From Candidatus Sysuimicrobiota bacterium (GTDB lineage: Bacteria; Sysuimicrobiota; Sysuimicrobiia; Sysuimicrobiales; Sysuimicrobiaceae), in contig PSLI01000022.1 of the NCBI GenBank assembly GCA_040289515.1, positions 1-34,690 on the forward strand: 34,690 bases of DNA. The letters run 5' to 3'. The notes beneath the pieces are model-generated. The model was given only the letters and a program-made list of their open reading frames with translations. It ran no database searches and was not told the origin of the DNA. A program made the translations under genes and the position numbers. Of this stretch, positions 19,390 through 27,132 are shown piece by piece. Position 1 is the stretch's first letter. Each line of letters begins with the position of its first letter.

Positions 19390-20504
19390 GAGGCCAGCTC
19401 CAGGATCCTCCGGGCGAGCCGCTCGGCGGCTCCCCTTTGGGGCTGGAAGTGATGCTGTAAACCCTCCCGCATCCGCACAAGCCGCTGGGGGTCCAGCAGC
19501 AACCGCACCAGGCGCGCGGCCACCGCCTCCGGCGGAGCGTCGCTCACCTCCTCCTCCACCAGCAGCTCGCCCGCGGTGGCGTTCACGGGGCTGGCGTAAT
19601 GCAGGCGCCGCAGGCCCCTGCGCACCGCCCATGCCTTGACCTGCGGGCCCAGCAGGGGCAGGCGTCCGATCCACTCTACCAGGCCCTCCAGGGGAACCCT
19701 GGCGGGGTCGTAAAGGGGCAGCCACACCAGCATGGGGATGCCCAGCAGGCCCAGCTCCACGTTGGACGTGCCCGGCAGGGTGAGGGCCAGGGCCGCCTGC
19801 GCGAGAGCATCCCGCCGCTGCTGTTCCGTCCACGCCACGCGGACCGGTGCGTCTTGCAACGCTTTCCGCACGAGCTCTTCTTCGAGGAAGGGGGAGGGAA
19901 CCAGCACGGCCTCTACCCCGCCGACGGCTTGCTGAACCCACCTGGCCACCTGCAGCATCAGGGGGGCGAGGTCCTCGAAGATGTCCGGCCGCGAGCCGGG
20001 GAGCAGCAGCAAGACCCGGTGGGAGCTACGGGGCTGCGCAGGCTCCACGGCGTCTGCCCGAAGGTCTCCCACCGCCTCCACCTTGTCGGGCGGGACTCCA
20101 CGGCGCACCAGCTGCTGAGCGAGGTCGTGGCTGCTGGTGGCGATCCACACGAAGGCCCGGTGCCGCCGGACCACCAGGTCCCGCTCCACATAGGCCACCG
20201 CGGGGCAGCGCGCTCGGCGCCCCAACCGCGCCGCATACCACAGGTCCCCGCCGACGTGCACCACGCAGCAGGCCCGCACAGATCGCCCACCCAGGGCCAG
20301 CCACACCACCTCCCGGGGCGGATACACCCGGTCGAACAGCCCTGACTGCTCGGCCACCGCGGCCTCCCGCCCCGTGGCGTACTGGCACGGCGGCAAGGCC
20401 AGCTGGATCCAGGCGTCCGGCACCACGCGGCGCACGGCCCGCGCGAGGGGAAAGGCCCACCCGGCCAGCTCCCCGGGCCCGTTGGACACCAAAAGCAGCT
20501 CCAC
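19386..20504 (-). CDS. LpxB-like GT-B glycosyltransferase (non-canonical)
   Basis: LLVSNGPGE, GGD, VGDL, LLPGSR and PGT..ELGLLGIPM motifs. Lacks the canonical LpxB AGExSGD start. Confidence 0.75.
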   Translation of the reverse strand: MELLLVSNGPGELAGWAFPLARAVRRVVPDAWIQLALPPCQYATGREAAVAEQSGLFDRVYPPREVVWLALGGRSVRACCVVHVGGDLWYAARLGRRARCPAVAYVERDLVVRRHRAFVWIATSSHDLAQQLVRRGVPPDKVEAVGDLRADAVEPAQPRSSHRVLLLLPGSRPDIFEDLAPLMLQVARWVQQAVGGVEAVLVPSPFLEEELVRKALQDAPVRVAWTEQQRRDALAQAALALTLPGTSNVELGLLGIPMLVWLPLYDPARVPLEGLVEWIGRLPLLGPQVKAWAVRRGLRRLHYASPVNATAGELLVEEEVSDAPPEAVAARLVRLLLDPQRLVRMREGLQHHFQPQRGAAERLARRILELAS

Positions 20505-20510
20505 GCAACC

Positions 20511-20516
20511 ATTATA
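20511..20516 (-). promoter_or_regulatory. Consensus -10 box TATAAT, 6 nt before GTG 20504 (probable leaderless mRNA)
   Basis: Minus strand reads GCC-TATAAT-GGTTGC-GTG, with no SD. Confidence 0.6.
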
Positions 20517-20562
20517 GGCGCGCGCGACCCCACGCAGGACGGCCCGCCCGGCGCAGCGAATT

Positions 20563-22029
20563 ATGGTTGAACCCGTGCGCGCCTACGTTCTTGTGCTGGC
20601 CGCCATCCTGGCGGGAGCAGTACCCGCGCGGGCGCAGCCCGCGCCCCTCGTGGTGGAGGCCGACCGCATCACGTACGACACCGTGGCCCGCACCGTGGAG
20701 GCCGCAGGCCGGGTGCGGCTGCGGTACGGGGACGTGCAGGCCTCCGCGGACTACCTGTTTGCGGACCTCGCAGCGCGTAAGTTCCTGCTGCGGGGAGACG
20801 TGCGGTTCCGCCGGGGCGACCAGTCCATGGCGGCCTCCGAGGTCCGGTACCGCGCGGACACCGACCGGGTGCTGGCCACGGAGGTGCGGACCCTGGCGGA
20901 GGCCGCCTTCCTGCGCGCCCGTGAGGTGGACGCAGGCCGCCAGGGGGCCGTGGCCCTGGACGCTGCCGCCACCCTGTGCGATCCTGCCAACCCATTGTTC
21001 TTCGTCACGGCCAGGCGCCTGGTGGTGTTCTGGGCGGACCGGCTGGTCGCCGAGGACGCCACGCTGTGGATCGGCGGCCGGCCCGTGCTGGCCCTGCCCC
21101 GGTACGAGATCCGCGTGGACCCCGAGCGAGCCCAGCGCCAGTTCCCCTCTCCGGAGGCAGGCTACGACGGCCTGTCGGGTTACTGGCTCGCCCTGCGCTA
21201 TCCGTTCCGGTTGGGCGACGTGGAGGCGGAAGCGTACGGGCGGTACAACACCCTGCTGGGGCTGGAGTTCCGCGGCCGCCTTCGGGCGGAGCTGGGGCGC
21301 GGGGTTGCGGAGCTCACCGCGGGCGTTGTGCGAGACTCCGGGGCCCGTCTTGTGGACACGCTGGAGCTGCGCTACACGCCTTCGGCTTGGCCGGTGGCTG
21401 CGGGCGCGTCTTTTTCCGCGAGCCTGGCGGTAGGCCAGTACCGGGAGAGGGCAACCAGCGCGGAAAGCCCCCGGGCGGAGGCCACGCTGGCTTTGGCAGT
21501 TCCACCTGTTGGGCTCGGGGGGCCGTATTTTGCCTCGGGTGCGGTGTCCCTGCGGTACGCGGTGTACGGGCAGGGGACGCTGGCGGTGCCCGGTGCGGTG
21601 GTTTCCCTGGAGTTCCGGCCCGATCTCGCTTCCGCCGCGTACGTGTCGTACGCGTGGACGGAGGCGTACGGTGCGACCCCGTTCCTCTTCGATGCCCCCA
21701 CGCGCCAGTCCGCCGTCACCGTGGGCTACCGACAGGGGTGGGAGGGCTTGAGCTTCGACGTGGGCGCCCAGTACGATGCGATCCCCCAGCAGTGGCGGGT
21801 CCTGGCCCTTCTGCAGGTGGCCCCCGCGGACGGCTGGCGGGTCGGCGCCCTCGCGAAGTACAACGTCACCACCGCCAGCTTCGAGGAGTTGGAGCTGCGG
21901 GCAGGTAGACGGTGCGACTGCCTGGACGTGTCCGCAGCCTGGCGCATCCCCCAGAGGCAGCTCTGGCTGAACCTCCAGCTGGTGCCCTCGCCACGGGTGC
22001 GGGAGGCGGTCCCGGGCCTGCAGCCCTGA
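20563..22029 (+). CDS. Short LptD-like outer-membrane protein (OstA N-domain plus beta-barrel); alternative start at GTG 20575
   Basis: Signal peptide (ARA-Q); VEADRITYD...VEAAGRV jellyroll; TLC..P.F motif; P.AGY..G; alternating aromatic beta-strands; C-terminal CDC. Divergent from the lipid A-type operon. Confidence 0.65.
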   Translation: MVEPVRAYVLVLAAILAGAVPARAQPAPLVVEADRITYDTVARTVEAAGRVRLRYGDVQASADYLFADLAARKFLLRGDVRFRRGDQSMAASEVRYRADTDRVLATEVRTLAEAAFLRAREVDAGRQGAVALDAAATLCDPANPLFFVTARRLVVFWADRLVAEDATLWIGGRPVLALPRYEIRVDPERAQRQFPSPEAGYDGLSGYWLALRYPFRLGDVEAEAYGRYNTLLGLEFRGRLRAELGRGVAELTAGVVRDSGARLVDTLELRYTPSAWPVAAGASFSASLAVGQYRERATSAESPRAEATLALAVPPVGLGGPYFASGAVSLRYAVYGQGTLAVPGAVVSLEFRPDLASAAYVSYAWTEAYGATPFLFDAPTRQSAVTVGYRQGWEGLSFDVGAQYDAIPQQWRVLALLQVAPADGWRVGALAKYNVTTASFEELELRAGRRCDCLDVSAAWRIPQRQLWLNLQLVPSPRVREAVPGLQP

Positions 22030-22043
22030 CGCTGGCGCGACGC

Positions 22044-22049
22044 TACAAT
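22044..22049 (+). promoter_or_regulatory. Putative -10 box (TACAAT) for pmm-yitJ
   Basis: GCTACAAT is followed by SD GGAGGA (22059-22064) and GTG 22072. Confidence 0.5.
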
Positions 22050-22071
22050 GGTGGGGTCGGAGGAGATCAGC

Positions 22072-23478
22072 GTGGTCCCCCAGCGCATCTTCCGGGAGTA
22101 CGACGTCCGTGGGGTGTTCGGGCAGGATCTGACCCCCGAGGTGGCGGCCCGGGTGGCGCGTGCGTTCGCCACCTACCTACGGGAGAGGGCCCCCGGGCAG
22201 AGCCTGTTGCCGGTGGTGGTGGGGCACGACAACCGCGCTTCCTCCCCGCTGCTGCACCGGGCGGTGGTGGAGGCCCTGGTGGACTCCGGTTGCGGGGTGA
22301 CGGACCTGGGGCTGGTGACCACGCCGGTGTTTTACTTCGCCCGCGTGCACCTGGGCATCGACGGCGGGGTGATGATCACGGCCAGCCACAACCCGCCTGA
22401 GTACAACGGGTTCAAGCTGGCGTGTGGGTTCGCCACCCTGTACGGGGAGCAGATCCAGGAGGTACGGCGGCTGGCGGAAGCCGGGGCGTCCGTGCGGGGC
22501 AACGGGTGCGTGCGGGCCGTGGACGTGAAACCCGCGTACCGTGCCGCCATCCAACAGAGGATCCAGCTGGGCCCGCGGCGCTTGAAGGTGGTGGTGGACT
22601 GCGGGAACGGCACCGCCAGCGTGGTGGCACCGGACGTTTTGCGGAGCCTGGGGGTGGAGCTGGTGGAGCTGTACTGCGACAGCGACCCCACCTTTCCACA
22701 CCACCACCCCGATCCGGTAGATCCCAAGAACCTCCAGGACCTGATCCGCACCGTGCGAGGGGAACGCGCGGACGTGGGGATCGGCTTCGACGGCGACGGC
22801 GACCGCCTCGGGGTGGTGGACGACCGGGGCCGCATCGTGTGGGGCGATGAGCTCATGATCCTGTTCTGGCGGGAGATCCTGCCCAAGCACCCGGGGGCGG
22901 AGGCCATCGTGGAGGTGAAGTGCTCCCAGGCCCTGGTGGACGAGATCCGCCGCCTGGGCGGCCGGCCCTTCTTCTACAAGACCGGCCACTCCCTCATCAA
23001 GGCCAAGATGAAGGAGATCGGCGCGGTGTTCACGGGCGAGATGAGCGGCCACATGTTCTTCGCGGACGAGTACTACGGGTTCGACGACGCGGTGTACGCG
23101 GCGGCCCGGCTGTTGCGGATCCTGTCCCACGCGGACCGGCCCCTGTCGGCTCTTTTGGCGGACGTGCCCCGGTACTTCGCCACCCCGGAAGTGCGCGTCT
23201 TGTGTCCAGACGACCGCAAGTTCGCGGTCGTGGCGGAGCTGGTCCGTTCCTTCAAGGAACGCTACGAGGTGGTGGACGTGGACGGTGCCCGGGTGCTGTT
23301 CCCCGACGGTTGGGGGCTGGTGCGGGCCAGCAACACCCAGCCGGTGCTGGTGGTGCGGGCGGAGGGAACCTCGCCGGAGGCCCTGCGGCGGATCCAGCGG
23401 ATCCTGGAAGATGCCCTGGGCCAATTCCCGGAGGTGGGGCGGGTGGACTGGGGGATGGACGGGGAGGCGGCGCGGTGA
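22072..23478 (+). CDS. Phosphomannomutase/phosphoglucomutase (AlgC/ManB-like)
   Basis: IFREYDVRG, TASHNP, FDGDGDR, GEMSGH and RASNTQP motifs. Confidence 0.95.
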   Translation: MVPQRIFREYDVRGVFGQDLTPEVAARVARAFATYLRERAPGQSLLPVVVGHDNRASSPLLHRAVVEALVDSGCGVTDLGLVTTPVFYFARVHLGIDGGVMITASHNPPEYNGFKLACGFATLYGEQIQEVRRLAEAGASVRGNGCVRAVDVKPAYRAAIQQRIQLGPRRLKVVVDCGNGTASVVAPDVLRSLGVELVELYCDSDPTFPHHHPDPVDPKNLQDLIRTVRGERADVGIGFDGDGDRLGVVDDRGRIVWGDELMILFWREILPKHPGAEAIVEVKCSQALVDEIRRLGGRPFFYKTGHSLIKAKMKEIGAVFTGEMSGHMFFADEYYGFDDAVYAAARLLRILSHADRPLSALLADVPRYFATPEVRVLCPDDRKFAVVAELVRSFKERYEVVDVDGARVLFPDGWGLVRASNTQPVLVVRAEGTSPEALRRIQRILEDALGQFPEVGRVDWGMDGEAAR

Positions 23479-25337
23479 ACACCTTCGCGGAGCGGCTGCG
23501 CCAGGGGGTGCTGGTGGCGGATGGCGCCATGGGCACCATGCTGTACAGCCGGGGGGTGCCCTTCGACCAGCCCTTCGAGCTGGTCAACGCCACGCAGCCT
23601 GACTTCGTGGTGGGCATCCACGTGGAGTACATCCGGGCGGGTGCGGAGCTGGTTGAGACCAACACCTTCGGTGGAAACCGGTTCAAGCTGGGTGCCAGGG
23701 GCCTTGCGGACCGGGTCCGCGAGCTGAACCGGGCTGGCGCCAAGCTCGCGAAGGAGGCGCGGGACGTGGCGGGCGTGCCCGTATTCGTGGCCGGTTCGGT
23801 GGGTCCGCTCGGCAAGCCCTTGAAACCCTTCGGCATCCTCCCTCCCGAGGAGGCCTACGACGCTTTCCGGGAGCAGGTGGAGGCTCTGGTGGAGGGCGGG
23901 GTGGACCTGATCCTCCTGGAGACCTTCTCCGACCTGGAAGAGCTGCGTGTGGCGGTGCGCGCGGCCCGCGAGGTTACCGACCTGCCGGTGGTGGCGCAGA
24001 TGACCTTTGACGAGGACGGCCACACACCGCGCGGGCACACTCCCGCGGAGGTGGTGGAGGCCCTGCAACCTCTCGGGGTGGCCGCGGTGGGCGCCAACTG
24101 CAGCGTGGGGCCCCTGCCCATGGTGGACGTCGTCTCCGCCATGGTGCGGGTGGCCTCCGTACCCGTAACCGCCATGCCCAACGCCGGCTACCCGGCCCGG
24201 GTGGAGGGGCGGTACGTGTATTCCACCCCGCCCAGGTACTTCGCGGAACATGCGCGCCGCATGGCGCAGGCGGGTGCGCGGGTGGTAGGAGGGTGCTGCG
24301 GCACTACCCCCGAGCACATCGCGGCCGTGGCGGAGGCTCTGCGTGACCTGCGGCCTGCACCGCAGCCGCGGGTGGTGGTCACCTTGCCCCGGCGGCCGGA
24401 GGCCGCACCACCGCCTGTGGGCGCCACGGAGTTATCCCGCAAGCTCTCCACACAGTTCGTGATCAGCGTGGAGGTGGACCCGCCCAAGGGCACCGACCCC
24501 ACCAAGGACCTTCTGGGTGCGCAGCTGGTCAAACAGCGCGGTGCCGACGCGGTGAACGTGGGCGACAGCCCCCTGGGGCGGGTGCGGATGAGCGCGGCGG
24601 CCCTGTGCGTGCTGATCCAGCAGCACGTGGGCATCGAGACCATCATCCATTTCACCACCCGCGATCGGAACCTGATGGCGCTGCAGGCGGACCTCATCGG
24701 GCTGCACGCCCTGGGGGTTCGGAACGTCTTGGCCCTTACCGGCGATCCACCCCGGGCGGGCGACTACCCCGCGGCCACCGCGGTGTACGACACGGATTCC
24801 GTGGGCCTGGTGCGCATCCTCAAGCGCTTAAACGAGGGCGTGGACCTGGCCGGCAAGCCCATTGGGCAACCCACGAGTTTCTGCGTGGGCGTGGCCTTCG
24901 ACCTGTACCCCGACACCCTGGACCACCAGATGCGGCGGCTGGACGAGAAGGTACAGGCGGGTGCGGACTTCATTATGACGCAGCCCATTTTTGAACCGGA
25001 GACCCTTGACCACTACCTGCGCCGGGTTGGCTGCCCGCCCCTTCCCATGTTGGTGGGCGTGCTGCCCCTGCAGTCCAGCCGGCACGCGGAGTTTCTGCAC
25101 CACGAGGTCCCCGGAATCCACATCCCGGACTGGGTCCGCCGCAGGATGGGGGAGGCGGGCAACCGGGGCCGGGAGGAAGGGTTGCGCCTGGCCGCGGAGC
25201 TTCTGGACGCCATCGCGGACCGCATCCACGGCGTGTACCTCATGCCGTCCTTCGGCCGCTACGAGGTGGTGGCGGAGCTGACAGAGCGCCTGCGGCGGCA
25301 CCCCGCGCTGGGGCGGCGGTCCCGAGCTGGGGGCTAG
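23475..25337 (+). CDS. yitJ: Bifunctional homocysteine S-methyltransferase / methylenetetrahydrofolate reductase
   Basis: GTG 23475 in a GTGA overlap. DGAMGT, ETNTF, GANC and GGCCGTTPEHI, then VEVDPPKG, RDRN, LTGDP and TQP. Confidence 0.93.
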   Translation: MNTFAERLRQGVLVADGAMGTMLYSRGVPFDQPFELVNATQPDFVVGIHVEYIRAGAELVETNTFGGNRFKLGARGLADRVRELNRAGAKLAKEARDVAGVPVFVAGSVGPLGKPLKPFGILPPEEAYDAFREQVEALVEGGVDLILLETFSDLEELRVAVRAAREVTDLPVVAQMTFDEDGHTPRGHTPAEVVEALQPLGVAAVGANCSVGPLPMVDVVSAMVRVASVPVTAMPNAGYPARVEGRYVYSTPPRYFAEHARRMAQAGARVVGGCCGTTPEHIAAVAEALRDLRPAPQPRVVVTLPRRPEAAPPPVGATELSRKLSTQFVISVEVDPPKGTDPTKDLLGAQLVKQRGADAVNVGDSPLGRVRMSAAALCVLIQQHVGIETIIHFTTRDRNLMALQADLIGLHALGVRNVLALTGDPPRAGDYPAATAVYDTDSVGLVRILKRLNEGVDLAGKPIGQPTSFCVGVAFDLYPDTLDHQMRRLDEKVQAGADFIMTQPIFEPETLDHYLRRVGCPPLPMLVGVLPLQSSRHAEFLHHEVPGIHIPDWVRRRMGEAGNRGREEGLRLAAELLDAIADRIHGVYLMPSFGRYEVVAELTERLRRHPALGRRSRAGG

Positions 25338-25389
25338 GAGGTTCTCAGATACCTGCCGGGTGCCAGGTTCTCGTCCCCGGGCTCTGTCC

Positions 25390-25422
25390 CCGAGGCCCTG
25401 TCCCCAGGGGACAGGGCCTCGG
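25390..25422. repeat. REP-like perfect palindrome, copy 1
   Basis: CCGAGGCCCTGTCCCC-A-GGGGACAGGGCCTCGG has 16-bp arms and is preceded by degenerate extra left arms. Confidence 0.8.
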
Positions 25423-25543
25423 TCTGACCAGCAGACCACCACGCTGGCGCCCCCTCAAAGCCCTTTCCCTGCCGCCCTCTGCCGGAGCTGTGTTCACCGG
25501 GGGCGGGCAAGTGCAGCGCCTTGGCCAGAAACGCACCGGCCAG

Positions 25544-25585
25544 AGGGCCCTGTCCCCAGGGCCCTGTCCCCAGGGGACAGGGCCC
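25544..25585. repeat. REP-like palindrome, copy 2, with tandemly duplicated left arm
   Basis: (AGGGCCCTGTCCCC)x2-A-GGGGACAGGGCCC. Confidence 0.8.
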
Positions 25586-25923
25586 ACAACCAGCACGGAC
25601 GATCCGCTCGGCAATCGGCCTCCCGGGGCAGGTTATCCTCCGCTGCAGGGCATAGAGAAATCGCTTCGGGGGTTACCCGACCGGACAATTCGCGCAGCTG
25701 CTGGAGAGGGCGCGGGACAAAGGGTTGCGCGTCCTGGCGGTGGCCACGGGCCGGTGCAGGCGGACGAAGTTCCGAGCTTGGCAGCCGTGACGGACGGGGT
25801 GGTGTGCGAGGTCACGGTGGAGGAGCTGTCGCACGTGCTGGCGAACTAGCAAGGGGGTCCGCGGCGGGCCGAGCTCCGAAGGCCCTCCGCGGCGCCATGG
25901 AGCTGAACAAGATCGCAAGTCGG

Positions 25924-25962
25924 CCTGGTTTGCGGGTACAGGATGTACCCGAAGGGCGGAGC
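25924..25962 (+). repeat. Hairpin+GGCGGAGC element, copy 1
   Basis: CCTGGTTTG-CGGGTACA-GGA-TGTACCCG-AAGGGCGGAGC. The core is 26/30 identical to 33552-33581. Confidence 0.8.
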
Positions 25963-26003
25963 TGTACGATTTTGAGGCGGAGCTGTACGATTTGGAGGAG
26001 CTG
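25955..26003 (+). repeat. 21-bp tandem repeat (2 copies plus a partial)
   Basis: GGCGGAGCTGTACGATTTTGA / GGCGGAGCTGTACGATTTGGA / GGAGCTG. Confidence 0.85.
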
Positions 26004-26074
26004 CCCATGGGGGCGTACGGGTGCGTAAGCCTGGGGGCAAACATGGCGTCGATGGCTCCCTTGCGGGACTGATC

Positions 26075-26482
26075 ATGAAACCGCTGGGCTGGCCGACCCG
26101 CTACCGGCTGCCGCTGGCGGTGGCAGCGGCGTACCTGGCCGGGTTTGTAGTCGAGCTGGGCACCGGCGGCAGCCGGCTGGAGGCGGTCGGCTGGCGTGAC
26201 CCTTGGCTGCCCCTCGCTGTGGAGGGGTTCGTTGGGGCGGCGCTCGTCGGAGGCTGGATCGGATTCCTGTTCGCACCCGCACCCTTCCTTTTGACCCCGG
26301 AGACCGTTCAGTGGGTGTGGGACGCCTTGCAGGGGCTCCGCCGGGAAGATAGCTTCCTGGCGTACGCCGCGCTGTTCTACCTCGTGCCTCTCTTCGTTGT
26401 CCTGTACGCGGGAGGGCTCGCGGGTGCCCTGGCGGGGTGGGCCGTGTGGAGGCGGCAGGGCCGCCGAGAACGGGGCGTGTAG
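26075..26482 (+). CDS. Hypothetical membrane protein
   Basis: About three hydrophobic segments and a basic C-tail; ends 2 bp before the next ATG. Confidence 0.65.
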   Translation: MKPLGWPTRYRLPLAVAAAYLAGFVVELGTGGSRLEAVGWRDPWLPLAVEGFVGAALVGGWIGFLFAPAPFLLTPETVQWVWDALQGLRREDSFLAYAALFYLVPLFVVLYAGGLAGALAGWAVWRRQGRRERGV

Positions 26483-26484
26483 CC

Positions 26485-27132
26485 ATGCTTGGGCATCTCC
26501 GCGGAGTGATCGGGACGGTCATGGTGCTCGTCGGGGCTGCCGCTTCCTCACAAGCCGGCGTTCCACAGTGGAGCGCTCTGGCCGCCCGGTACCGGGCTGA
26601 GGTAGCCCGCCAGCCTTCCAGTGTGGAGGCGCACTTTCACCTTGCCGTGGTGTACGCGCACGAGGGCCGCCTCATCGAGGGGTGGGAACATCTCAAGCGG
26701 GTCGACCGGCTGGTGGGAGGGGAACCCGGGCGGCCGCAGGTGGCACGGCGGTTCGTGGAGGAAGCCCAGGCCGCCCTGCGAAAGGATCCGCGCGACGTTT
26801 TCGCCCTGTACCGGCTTGCCTTCGCTGCCTACTTCGCGAACCGCAAGGATTTGGCCCTGCAGGCGATGCAGCGGGCGGCTTCGCTGGAGCCGGCGCACGC
26901 CTGGACCATGGGCTACGTGGGGTTCCTGTACGGGGAGCGCGAACAAGTGGACCAGGCCATTGCGTGGTGGGAGCAGGGCGTGCAGGCAGATCCCCGCAAC
27001 GCCGTGCTGCACTACCTGCTGGGTCTGGCGTACAGCCGAAAGGGGGACATGAAGCGGGCCGGCCGCCACTTTGCCCTGGCCTACCGGGACCGGACGCTTT
27101 ACGAATACATCAAGGGGCAGCGGAAGCTGTGA
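26485..27132 (+). CDS. Exported tetratricopeptide-repeat protein
   Basis: Signal peptide. TPR-like units (AHFHLAVVY, ALYRLAFAAY, DPRNAVLHYLLGLAY). Confidence 0.8.
   Translation: MLGHLRGVIGTVMVLVGAAASSQAGVPQWSALAARYRAEVARQPSSVEAHFHLAVVYAHEGRLIEGWEHLKRVDRLVGGEPGRPQVARRFVEEAQAALRKDPRDVFALYRLAFAAYFANRKDLALQAMQRAASLEPAHAWTMGYVGFLYGEREQVDQAIAWWEQGVQADPRNAVLHYLLGLAYSRKGDMKRAGRHFALAYRDRTLYEYIKGQRKL

Noticed and set aside
23400..23478. SAM riboswitch ahead of yitJ
   Set aside because: There is no leader; the gene overlaps the PMM stop codon (GTGA).
25933..25960. tRNA gene or fragment on the minus strand
   Set aside because: Only a short acceptor-like stretch is present, with no TTCGA T-loop or cloverleaf. 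It is kept only as a test for the att hypothesis.
25365..26003. Possible CRISPR array
   Set aside because: The repeats are palindromic or directly tandem, with no regularly sized unique spacers and no cas genes.
25360..26028. ORFs 25360-26028 and 25490-25849 as real genes
   Set aside because: They run through palindromic and tandem repeats, lack an SD and show no recognisable domain.
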